Positions 49,821-60,700 of a stretch of DNA of 64,000 bases are shown piece after piece; position 1 is the stretch's first letter; every line of letters starts with the position of its first letter. This DNA is from Moniliella sp. 'wahieum' (Eukaryota). The stretch lies in the NCBI GenBank assembly GCA_003971905.1, contig RSEE01000001.1, positions 124,001 through 188,000 on the forward strand, given 5' to 3'. The notes beneath the pieces are model-generated. The model made no database searches, had not been told where the DNA came from, and saw only the letters and a list, made by a program, of their open reading frames with translations. Position numbers and translations under genes: made by a program.

Positions 49821-49916
49821 GGTCGATAGCTTCAGTTGGTCAGAGCGTGGTACTAATATGTCTTGCCTGGAGTGTTGGTAATGCCAAGGTCATGAGTTCA
49901 AGCCTCATATTGACCA
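49821..49916 (+). tRNA. tRNA-Ile(AAT) with canonical intron
   Basis: Acceptor GGTCGAT/ATTGACC, D loop AGTTGGTCA, anticodon arm TGGTA-CTAATA..TGCCA, T arm ATGAG-TTCAAGC-CTCAT, downstream T7 terminator. D-stem start slightly irregular (possible indel). Confidence 0.88.
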
Positions 49917-50258
49917 CATATCCTTTTTTTGCTTGTTCTCTTCACTGATGGCTTGGATCAAGGTCTTGCGAGCTTTTCCTCCCTGTTCTGCTGACAGGAT
50001 TATAGGATTGCTGAGAAAAGGCCCTGCAGGCACGTATCAACCACCAAAAGATCAATGGATTATCCAGACCATTGAGAGTGCTGGGGTGGCGAGCCGCCGT
50101 GGGCGGGTACATGTGTGCTAGAGGAACAGGAAGAGAAGAGAGGTTGCCCACAGAGCAGGATCAAATGGGTGAAGGAAGCTGATGCAACAACGAAGACAGC
50201 TGCAAGAACGCAGCTGGTATGGTTGCCAGCGGTAGCCGATGTGGTTCCCAATCCCGCA

Positions 50259-50808
50259 TTAGGCTGAATTCGCATTGTCCCCCGCTGCTTTACGGCGGCG
50301 ATAGTCCTCTGCAGACCCAAAGATCCAAGGCTTGAGGATGGAGAACTGGCGACTGCCCGAATAGTCGGCAACGTGCTTTCCATCTTCGTAGAGGCGCATC
50401 GAGGGATAAGCAAGCACATTTTCTTGGTCGCAAATATCCCCCTGGACTGTACAATCAACACGGGCCATGTAGAAGGCACTGGAGTCTTCCAAGTGGGCAC
50501 TGATCTCGCTTAGGTCCTTCCACGTAGGCATGAAGTTTTTGCAGTCTGTACACCGAGCAGAGGTTAGTTCAGAAACTCGATCATCGTCAAGGACAACATA
50601 CGAGGGCAATAGGGGCTGTAAAATTCCACAAACCACATGCCGTGAGCTGTCTTGGTGGCAAAATCGGCCGCTGTCAAGGAGCGCAGGCCTGATTCATCAC
50701 TCTGAACGGGAGCGGGGCGGGGGCAGGGGCTGGCACTGGTGCGGGGGATGAAGAAACAAGAAGAGCACTGGCCAGAGCGGCAGCAGTGGCAAGGGCAGGG
50801 AAGCGCAT
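50259..50808 (-). CDS. Secreted thioredoxin/PDI-like protein (CPHC active site, Eps1-like), intron 50546-50601
   Basis: Signal peptide MRFPALATAAALASALLVSS. Splicing GTATGT...CTAAC...CAG gives WFVEFYSPYCPHCKNFMPTW, then ARVDCTVQGDICDQENVLAYPSMRLY. Confidence 0.85.
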
Positions 50809-50974
50809 GTTGGTGGCGGCAGGTGGTGTCCTATGGCCAACGTTACACGTTACGTGGTGCTGGCGAGTGGCAATGGTTGATCGCAACGGCAGTGCCGTTG
50901 CAGTGGCAGCGGGTGCTCGTTTGCATTCAATATTCATTACTTTCATTAATTCGTTTGATCCTTCCATTCGCCCA

Positions 50975-51040
50975 CGTGATGTGTGACACGCGTGACATGT
51001 GACATGTGACAACGTGTGACCCGCGTGATGCGTGATCGAC
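50975..51040. repeat. Heptamer array (TGACATG/TGATGCG type) upstream of the thioredoxin gene
   Basis: cgtgacatgtgacatgtgacaacg...cgtgatgcgtgatcg. Confidence 0.85.
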
Positions 51041-51777
51041 CGCCTCTCGCCGGTACCCCGTTCACTAGTGACTTCGAACTATCAATGTCATGGGTCGCTG
51101 GACGTCCTTGGACTCCTCCAGGTCCTCACAGCGTCTCATGAACGCTTCGCTCAGACACATCAGATCTCAGAACCTGGGCCTCAATCTTCCAGCTTCAATC
51201 TTTTGAGCATTGTGCTTCATATTCTCACAAGTAATAACAGGAGATGGAGATGGGGGAAAGGATGAGGATCATATTCATCGAGTGGAAAGAAAGCGAGGTA
51301 TATATGCCTCGAGTCACATGGAGGGAAAGAGGGAGCACAATCCAAAGGGGGAAAACAGGGTCTAGAACAAATCAAGGGGGCAGACAACTTGGTCACAAAA
51401 CGTGATCAAGTGAGTCTGAGATCTGATCCCGACAAGTATAACGATTAAAAAGAAGAGAGAGGAGATGATGCGGGCACACATGATGCAAATCATAAGAGAG
51501 AGAGAATCGGGCAGAACGGTGACGAGAAGATGCGATGAGATGTGTGTTAACATGGTCCCGAGGTGCCTCAGGCCTCAGGCGAGGTCTCAGGCTGAAGAGG
51601 GCCTAAGAAGTTGAGAGCCTCAAGCTCAACCCCTCAACGTTGAAGGTTGAAGTTCAACTTGAACCCCAATCAGCTTTTCAACTATTACTCCAACTAATCA
51701 ATCATACAGTAGCGCAGTTTCCAGATATTAGAGTCACGAGCATGTCGAGCCTCTGTAAAAGATCGCCAAAATCAAAA

Positions 51778-51881
51778 TGCACTCGCCGGATTCGAACCCG
51801 GGCAACAACTTATGCTAGCTCCTCGTGATGGAACCCCAAAGACATGGGAAAGTTGCATCTTAACCACTTGATCACGAGTGC
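51778..51881 (-). tRNA. tRNA-Gly(CCC) with canonical intron
   Basis: Reverse complement: GCACTCG/CGAGTGC acceptor, CAACT-TTCCCA..AGTTG anticodon arm, CCGGGTTCGAATCCGG T arm, followed by TTTT. Confidence 0.9.
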
Positions 51882-52185
51882 TGTTAGAACAAGACAGGAC
51901 AAAGATCTGTCTAATCTCACTTATCAACATCTCCCCACTCATCCCCGTCTCTAGACAAGCGCGTGGTATTAGTAGAGCAGCCTCAGGTTACCCATTACCA
52001 CAGTATCCATAGGAGAAAGGGTGTAAGGGAGCTGACCTGTCGATGATCTCCATGACAACGACAAGGAAAGGACAGAAGGAAAAGATGCAGCTATATGCAA
52101 AGAATCAAACAGAGATGACGGTAAAAATCCATGCAGGAATGGAGACGTGTTCAGTTAAGTCGTTAAATGCATGACGGTGAATTGT

Positions 52186-53338
52186 TTACTTGTCAACATC
52201 AAGGACGATACGGCCGGCGAGCTTGCCCTCGTGCATCTCGGCGTAAACCTCGTTGAGCTGGGACAGGCCACGAGTGTGGTAGATGACACGGACCTTGCCG
52301 CGCTCAGCCAGGCGGAGGGCCTCGATGGCGTCCTCACGGTTGCCCACAATGGAACCGACGATGCGCTTGGCAGTGACGGTGGTGTCGAACACGTCAGCCT
52401 TGATGAAGGTGCCGGGGGGCATGCCGACGGCAACGAGGGTACCGCGAGGGCGCAGGTAAGCGAGACCTTGGGTGTAAGCGGCCTCCGAAGCGGCAGCCAC
52501 GACGGAAGCGTGGGCACCGAGACCACCAGTGATGGCCTTGACCTCGGCAACGATGTCCTTCGACTCACGGAAGTCGATCCAGGCGTCGGCGCCAAGCTGC
52601 TTGACGAGCGCCTTCTTCTCATCGCCAGTATCGATACCAATGACACGGAAGCCCATCGCAGCAGCGTATTGCACACCAAGATGGCCCAATCCACCGCCAG
52701 CGCCGGGGAGCACAACCCAGTCACCGACGTTCAGACCGGCCTCAAGGAGAGCGCGGTAGATAGTCACACCGGCGCAAAGAATGGGGGCAGCATCGATGAG
52801 AGGCAGGGCGTCGGGAATCGGCGTCACGTACTTGGCAGGAGCCACAACGTACTGCTGGAAGGTACCGTCGACGCTGTAAAGTTCTCGAGGTGGATGCAGT
52901 TAGGCTCAAAGCCCACACGGCAGTAGTCGCAGTTCAGGCAGGCCGAAGCAACCCACTTGATACCCACACGGGCACCCTTCTGGATCCACTCCTCAGAGCC
53001 CGTACCGAGCTTGACGACAACACCGGCGCCTTCGTGGCCGCCAACCAGAGGCTCACCTTAGCCTGGAGCTTGGTAGGGAGAGGCCAGTCGCCAAGCATGG
53101 CGTGCAGATCACTGGATCAACGCGTTAACATCAATCTCGGATCAACGAGGGGGGGAAGAGCGGGGACGTACGTGTGGCAGACACCAGTGTAGGTGATGCG
53201 GACGAGGACCTCACCGGGCTTCAGCTGGATCTTGCTGGGGTCGTAGGTGACGAACTTGATGGGCCCGCCAACCTTGTCGAAGATGGCCTTGGTGGCCTGG
53301 GTGGGCACCTCAAGTTGTTGTTCGCGGGGGTCAGACAT
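52186..53338 (-). CDS. Zinc-dependent alcohol dehydrogenase (ADH1-like); intron ~53115-53172
   Basis: YTGVCHT|DLHA, GGHEGAGVVV, RVGIKWVASACLNCDYCRVGFEPNC, AAPILCAGVTIYRAL, PGAGGGLGHLGVQYA, GRIVLD. Confidence 0.95.
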
Positions 53339-54599
53339 GGTGGTGGGGGGGTCAAAAGTAAGCGAAGACTTGTGATGAGAGAAGAACGACGGCGGGGCCC
53401 GAAAGGGGTCGGGATTATATACCTACACGCCAGATGGCCTGGACATGAGCGGGAGGGCAGATGGCACACGACAGAGCTCAGTATGGACAGCTCGACATGT
53501 GACATGTGAAGCTTGAAGCGTCAAACCAGCACACGGTAAAGAAGGCGTGGCATGATGCATGACAAGGCAGATGATGTGCAGTGGGGTCAGATGGAGCGGT
53601 TGTGAACCTTGGGGCAACCCCTGCAAACTGAGGGTTGTGCGCCCGTTCAGAGAGATCCGCATTCTTCCAGCCGCCAGTAGCCTAGGACCAGGGGGTGTCG
53701 GCCTGAGGCCTGAGGATGTGCAGGTGGGGAGCTGGGGATGCCGAGTGCGCTGAGTTCATCAACAGCAGCCCAGGTCATGCCGTGGCATGGGAAATCGTAC
53801 CTGAGTCCGGCCTGAGGCCTGAGGCCTGGGCCTGAAGCTAGACCCGGACGTTGGCTGCCGCGGAGAGGGGCCAAAGTGGGATGGTCTGGGGATGGCAAGG
53901 GTGCGCTGTCAAGCGCTGGGGGCTGTACACTGGCTGGATGCCCATGTGATAGCGTGGTTTGAACGCAACATTGCTCGACTTTTGACTTTGAAAGTTGCAG
54001 TGCGGCGATAGTAAGACAAACCACCACTCCTTGGGTTCTTGGAATCCATGGCACTACCTTAGGCCTTAGGCCTTATAGTCAACCTAGTCACTGTCCATGC
54101 ACCCACGTCCGTAGCGATATTGATTGGATGTGTGTTGTGTACGTACGCTGAACCTTAACGTACTAACATTGATGCTTTGAAGCTTGAACCATGGACGCAC
54201 GGACCTTGTGGACCTTGGAGCTTTTTTGGACTTTGAAGAGTATAGGCTTTTGAAAAGGACGCTGAGCTGCTCTCTTGTAACGAAAGTGGCAGCGCAATCA
54301 TATCTGTTTGGTAAGTTTTGCAGGATACGCGGCGTGTGTCGGGGACTTTACGAAACGTCTTCTGATCAAAACGAGAGAATAGATAGTTGTTGTTCACAGA
54401 AAACGGATGCGGATGTTCAGAAGACTGAAGCGAACAAAGGAAGAAAATGGGCTAACTCAACGCGACTCGGGACTCATCACGTGTTGTCACAGTGGCCTAG
54501 TGGCCCCCCGTTGTAGTCGGACCTTTTTGGAAAGAGAAGGGAAACGCGGCAACCCAAAAACAATGCCATAACTCTTGCACGAAAAAATGTGTTGAGTAT

Positions 54600-54663
54600 T
54601 ACGTTGAACGTTGAACGTGTTGAACGTTGAACGTTGAACGTGTTGAACGTTGATCGTTGAACG
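54600..54663. repeat. (TGAACGT)n heptamer array
   Basis: acgttgaacgttgaacgtgttgaacgttgaacgttgaacgtgttgaacgttgatcgttgaacg. Confidence 0.95.
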
Positions 54664-56644
54664 GAGGCGGTACCACAGATTCGTGAGGAGGATGTGACCG
54701 TCGTCCTGCGTATATACTTCAGTGGTTGGGAGATGATCGATGAGGTTGTCGCCGGCGGGCATATGATGTCGTGGCAAAATGTACGGGAAGGCGCGCGCAG
54801 CCCCACAACACCAAAAGCCCACACAGAGGCCACCAGAGGCGCCGCAAGACTATACCCCCCCCCCTGCAGGTCATCGCTGCCGACATCGTCAACAATAGGC
54901 CTACCGCATCTGGAGGGCACACGTGCGCTCTCAGATCTCATATCTCATCACGCATCACGGTGCAGGACATCCATTCGACAGCCCCATCGTGAAAGACTAT
55001 CATTATAGAGTGCAACAGGATGATGGTATAGTGCATTGCATTGCATATGAGCTACAGAGGCGGGAGAATATTCCTTCCTGGCTGCAAGGAATGAACCCGA
55101 AGGCTCCGGACTTGGACTATCGGCGCCACTACGCCAGCGTGGCATCACATCTATTGAGCCCAAGTGGCTGCTTGCGTGCGTAATCGCGACACTGATTGAG
55201 TGGGCCTTCTGGGGCACGACTGCCTCCAAGAGCGTACTATACACTTCAGGAATGACAAGTTCCGGGAGGACAAATGTGACCCCTAAGGCCTGACGGCGCA
55301 GAGAGGGCGATCCCTTACCCCACAGGAACACACGGCGCCGGCTGCCGATAACCACTTCGTACCTAAACGAGCCTTAACTGACTTGGACTTGACAGCGCCG
55401 CGGCACTGAGCAGGGCGTCCACCTCTACCGCCTCCACTACTCGGATCCTCTCCCCTGCTTACCCTCATACCGTATCCTTTCCACTGCCGCCTTCCACAGC
55501 TGCGCTCTTAGTAGACCACGCAATCATCGAGACCCTTCTTCACGTTTGTTAGGCGAGACGCAATCGAAGAGAATTCAATTGCCCTACTCGGTGATGAGCC
55601 CTTTACAGGGTATGCATTTTCCACTGTCCTGGTCAAAATGCGCCCGCCTCCAACGGCACTTGTTCACGTACAAACCCGCTATGGATAGCGTATGAGCGGC
55701 AGGATTCTGTCTCGCGATGGAGGCTGCACATATCGAAGAGACCAAGGCACCTTTATATCTTCACTAGAGTATTTGTCCCGTATTTTGACCTCCGAAGCCT
55801 GCACATGTATACTCCCTGTCTCTTCCAGGTATGGTAAAAGGCTTAGACGGGAATCGCCAACACCTTTGCCATTGCATTTCTCTTCTACACATCTCCAGAG
55901 GTTCTAACACCCAATAAATCATTGGGTTCCTACGGTCTCTCACTTCTAAATGGCGCGCTTGGGCTTTTAACGATCGACTAGGCTCCTAGACTGCCGCTTG
56001 AAGTGCATTATGGAGCCCCTGGAGTTAGATTATTGGATATTATGTAGGTCAGGATGAGATCGATAAGGTGCAACTTATATGTGAAACCTAGTCAGCCTCG
56101 ACTTTTTATTGCAGTGCATTATTTGGGAGGAAGGCGTCGATGATCTGACGACCGCGCCCAGGGTATAGACTACGGGATGTCGCCTTCAGTGCGTATAAGG
56201 CTCCCGACCACCGCCGCCACCTCTCTCTACCCTTTGCTACTCACGCCCAGCGAACCTCTCAGTAGTATATACCAACATCCGGGTGGATCTGCTGGCACAG
56301 TGTGGACAACCCACGGACATCCCGGCTGAAACGTAAAACATTCAACCCTGGAGTAACATGCAACAAGACACAGAAGACGCAATACGGTGCAAATCACGTG
56401 TCGCAAGCCTTCCGAGACTAGTTCCGCTCGCAGTAGCTTGCCGTAGCCTATTCCGCTCGGTTGCGATGGAGGGCGGCAGTGAAAACCGATCGACGTTGCG
56501 GCAGCCAACCGCCACTTCGCTCGCCTTCCTAGCCCGCCCCACCGCGTTTCCCCTCTTGGCTCTTGTCTACTGCTTGACTGTCGTGTTCTGTGCACACTGC
56601 ATTCTCCGTCCTCTGCGCGTACCTGTTTCCCTGCCCATCCCACA

Positions 56645-57789
56645 ATGGAAGACGACTTTGACCTGTATGGCGTGAGTGTGCCTTTCTCTCCTGCTGCAAC
56701 ACGCTCTCCTTCACCCCCCTCCCTTCTCCTGTCAGCGAGGCAGAAAGCAGTTCCGGCCTGTGACTGACATCATGTACCTTCTTGTCCCATAGGACGACCT
56801 CTACACTGCACCTGCCTCGGCAGCAGCCGCACAAGATGCGCCACCGGAGCCATCTTCGCCTCCTACCATTGTGCGCAAGCGCCCGCGGGAGAGCGAGTCC
56901 CCGGACGAAGCTGCAAGCCCAAACCCTCCTCCCCGTCGTGATTCCGGCGGGTACACGAACCCAGGCCCCCCCGCCCCCCGCCCACAGGCGAATCCGACAC
57001 TGGCTACTCGAATGACAACCGTTCCTGGCAGCAGCCGCACTACCCTGATCCGAACGTGAAAGACGCCTTGACAGTGAGCGAGTTCAACTGGGTACGCGCC
57101 CCTCCCTCCCATTTCTCTGTTTGTTACGAGGAAGATGAACTAACCTCCAACAGTGGACTACGGACGAGGACATTCGCCAAGCTGCCGCTGCAGCGGGTGT
57201 GTCCATCTCACTCCGAAACATTACCTTTTCGGAGCATAAGGTCAATGGCAAGTCCAAGGGTGCGGTGTACATTGTCACTGGCTCCGAACAGGATGCTTTG
57301 ACGTTAGCGCAGTGGTGGAGCCAGAATCCCTATCAGGATGCGGAGATGGAAGTGGAACTGCTTTCCTCGGCACGAGGGAATCCGTATGCGGTATTGCCCA
57401 AAGACTCCGGGCGACAGAGCGATGGACGCGGGCGCGGTCGCGGTCGAGGCGGGAGGGACTTCCAGTCCCACCAGCGTGGGGATCGGAACCAAGCAGGCCC
57501 GCCAATGGGATGAATATGCCGATGATGCCAATGATGGGCATGCCGGCCATGGGATGATGGGCCTTTCCATGCCCCCCGCGCCGATGCCCGCCCCGTCTTC
57601 TCTACCGCGCCCGCCGCGCATGGCCGGTCTCCCTGCTCGTCCCAACTTTGCTCCCGCCCCGCAGATGGACCGACGGAACACAGGGACAATTTCCGTCCCG
57701 ACTTTGGGTACCGTCCACGTGGAGGCCGGAGCCACGGCGCGTGGGATGATGGTCGCGCGACCAAAAGACCGCGTCAGGCAAACGAGTGA
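56645..57789 (+). CDS. RRM protein resembling cleavage factor Im large subunit (CPSF6/7, CFIm68); two introns
   Basis: MEDDFDLYG, spliced [30 protein letters not shown], followed by RGG and M/P-rich tail. Confidence 0.8.
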
Positions 57790-58600
57790 ACGTCGAGCAG
57801 ACTTTGGCAATCCATACTGGTAGGGTATGGGTGTACAGCAGCATGCGTACTACGTAGTCTTTTGAGTTGGCAGACCATGGCCCATTCAACGATTATCGAT
57901 TATCGATTACGGGTAACGGAGAAAACATACACAACGGTGGTGGTAAGGTCCTGAGGAGTAGCTGGCTAGCCGAGGCAATATAGATTTTGTTGAGTCTCCC
58001 CCTAGCCCAGGAGCTGCGTCGCAGTCTGCGCTAGATCCACGACAGAGGACAACTTTGCGCTCTTGAGGATATCTCCGAAGCGCGAAGGTGCGTTTAGGTG
58101 CCCCGCAGTACATAGTATAACACGGGATATCAGTACTGTCAGAATGGAAGAGCAAAGGGGACGAGCGGAGGATAGCGGCATAGAAAAAAAACAAGATAGC
58201 TTAGTTTGAGCCAATCTGGCTCGACACATCGAGAGCATTCTGGCCCTTGTGCAAGCGAATGCCGGCCTTTTCTTCTTACCATCAGGGTAGATGAGGGGAG
58301 CGCAACTGTTTACAATAAAAACAAAATGGGCTTACGGGGAAGCGCCAGAGCCTTAGGGCGGTGGAAGGTCAGGTTGTGGCGCTCCTTCTTCTCATCCCCT
58401 GATTGTCTTTGATTGTCTTTGAGGGCCGCCTTCTTGGCAGCAATAGTAAGAGCCCCCGACTTCTTCTCAGCTGCCACACACACACGATCATTGGGTGGAA
58501 CAGTCGAGCGCAAGTCGGCCCGACGCAAAGCCAACCGTCGCAGCGTTCAATGCACACCGTGTGTGTGAGCATATGCCCCGACAACCACCCCCGGTGAAAA

Positions 58601-58832
58601 ACCTGGAGTCCTGATGGTCCTCGAGGGCAATGCAGTCGCGCTAGTAGTGGTGGTGATGGTGGTCAATGCTGCGCCTACTAGTACAGGGTGACATCAGCCA
58701 GCCAGTCGCCATTAGGGGCTAGGCGGAACTAGGGAAACACGGGAGCGAGAAAACCACGGAACTCCTAGGCTTGGGAGGGGGGCTGAAAGGGGACCTTTGC
58801 CCACTGGAGCCACCCACACGGTGGCTCAACAC
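58601..58832 (+). repeat. Dispersed diverged repeat / pseudogene fragment, copy 2 (paralogue at 47001)
   Basis: Collinear matches to 47001-47230. Confidence 0.8.
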
Positions 58833-59391
58833 ACTAGTTGGCCTCTCAGATGAGAATGAATGAGGATAAGCGATAATCGATAATAGGAGTTCAAACTCGC
58901 GGTTGGCTGATTGGGCCGATAGTACTGTTGCTGGCATGTTGGTCGCTTCATTTCGACCTGCTCCCCCGGCTTCACCGTCAGCGAGACCGATACCGGGGTG
59001 GACCAGCAGGCCTACGATATGCACGTATGCTGCCGGTTAGAGGCTGCGCCCAGACTCGGGGGCTCAATGGATGACGTCATGTGTGGTGGCTTATTGCCGC
59101 AGCGGTTGACTAGTGACTCCACGTATGCAACATTGAACGTTGACGCGTGACGCAGAACGCGTGTTGCGTCGCAGCACTATCCGCAGCTCGCAGCCCACAG
59201 ACCCTCCGACCTCCGCTTCGCTCTCCCTCGACCATCCATGGCATTCTGCTTCCCTATATCTGAAACGCCGCTGGCCTGAGATCGGAAAACCTCATCTTCC
59301 GCGCCATCCGTGCTGACATTCACATCAATGATCTGCCCTTTAGCAGCAGCAAAACCAAGGACGCCCTCGCGCCGATCGCCAGCCTACTCGG

Positions 59392-60308
59392 ATGACGATG
59401 ACTCGGTATGGTCTCTGGGGCTCACGGAAGCGGAGGGGGAGGAGAAGAAACCCACCCTACGTATCCCGCTTTGACCTGGGCATGGCCCATTACGGTCTCT
59501 TCCCTCAGTATGCTACCCACGACCAGCCTATTCTCCTTCGCCTCAAGCGGTCCTCCATTCTGTCCAGCCGAACCGATGTTTCCATTGTGCGCGGGCCCGT
59601 ACGTTCCGTTCCCCTTTACTCCCCCTACCCCCCCCAAACTTGCGCTGACTTTTTCTCTGCACTGTGTGATAGGGCGCCGGTTCGCCCCTCTCTTCCTACA
59701 CTGGCACTCCGATCCTGGGGGATCCCAAGGCCATGATGCGAAGGAACCAGGAGATTGTCTTGTCAGACTCCCAGGGCCCCTTGATGAGTCTACACCACGT
59801 TATGTACTCGTTCCAAGGCTGGGTAGCTGTCCGTCCTGGGACATTTAAGAAAGAAGTTCATCTTGCTAATTTGGGTGCCCTCACCGAATCCGATACGTTT
59901 CCGCCTGACGAATTGTTCCATGTACTCAAGCGCTCCGCAGTGCGATCGCGCTCTGCATTCGTGATCCCCACCAACTTGGATGGGGGGGCGGTGCAGTGCG
60001 AGATTCGGACCCGGCGACTTGCAGTGGCTCAGATCAAAGTCAAAGATCCACAGGGGGGGAAGGCGCCCCTTGTGTTAATCAAGGAGCGCAGTGGAATCAA
60101 GACAGATGCAGTGATCGAAGGTTCGTCTTTGCCCCTCTATACGATCATGCATGTGTTCACTACAGGCGCTAACTTAACCTCTCGGTGTTCGTTCTCACAT
60201 GGGCATGTGTATGGTCCAGTCGCACCTCACTTTGACCTTGCCTTGGCTGTAGCGTTGGCCATTATTTGTACTCAGCAAACGCTTGAGGTGGCAGCGGTTA
60301 CTGTCTAA
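59392..60308 (+). CDS. Possible LURP-one/tubby C-terminal-like protein
   Basis: Beta-rich ORF ending VAPHFDLALAVALAIIC, resembling the V.PG.DxAL..AL helix of this fold; probable intron near 59610-59672; start uncertain. Confidence 0.45.
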
Positions 60309-60387
60309 TCTGCTTTTTCTATCGTTCGTTTGGACATGAATTCCAACTGTGTTGACTCGAAACTAAATTTGTCCGCAAAGCCAAGCT

Positions 60388-60488
60388 GCTTCGTTGGCGC
60401 AGTTGGCTAGCGCGCAGGTCTCATACGCCTGTATGAGTGGATCTTCCACGTCATCCTGAGGTCGCCAGTTCGAGCCTGGCACGAAGCA
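60388..60488 (+). tRNA. tRNA-Met(CAT), elongator type, with intron
   Basis: GCTTCGT/ACGAAGC acceptor, GCGC D stem, CAGGT-CTCATA..TCCTG, GCCAG-TTCGAGC-CTGGC, T5 terminator. Confidence 0.93.
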
Positions 60489-60700
60489 CACCTTTTTGAC
60501 ATCCTTTTTGCCATTCTAGCGCAGCACGCCCACGGCTTGTCCATAAGGGGTAAGGCCGGTAACCAATAACCCCTTGAGCGGGAACCTTGAACGTCCTACA
60601 GGCGCTACAGACTTCCTAGAAAACCCACTCTTCACCTTGCCCCTCCACCTGGCTTCAGAACCACAAGTACCAGGATCAGGCCCGGCTTGGCTGATAAACG

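Noticed and set aside
50530..50570. Apparent atypical CTDC thioredoxin motif in the ORF track
   Set aside because: Artefact of reading through the 50546-50601 intron; the spliced motif is CPHC.
55547..55909. Possible solo LTR (TGTTAG...CTAACA)
   Set aside because: Flanks ACGTT/CCCAA do not form a TSD; single copy.
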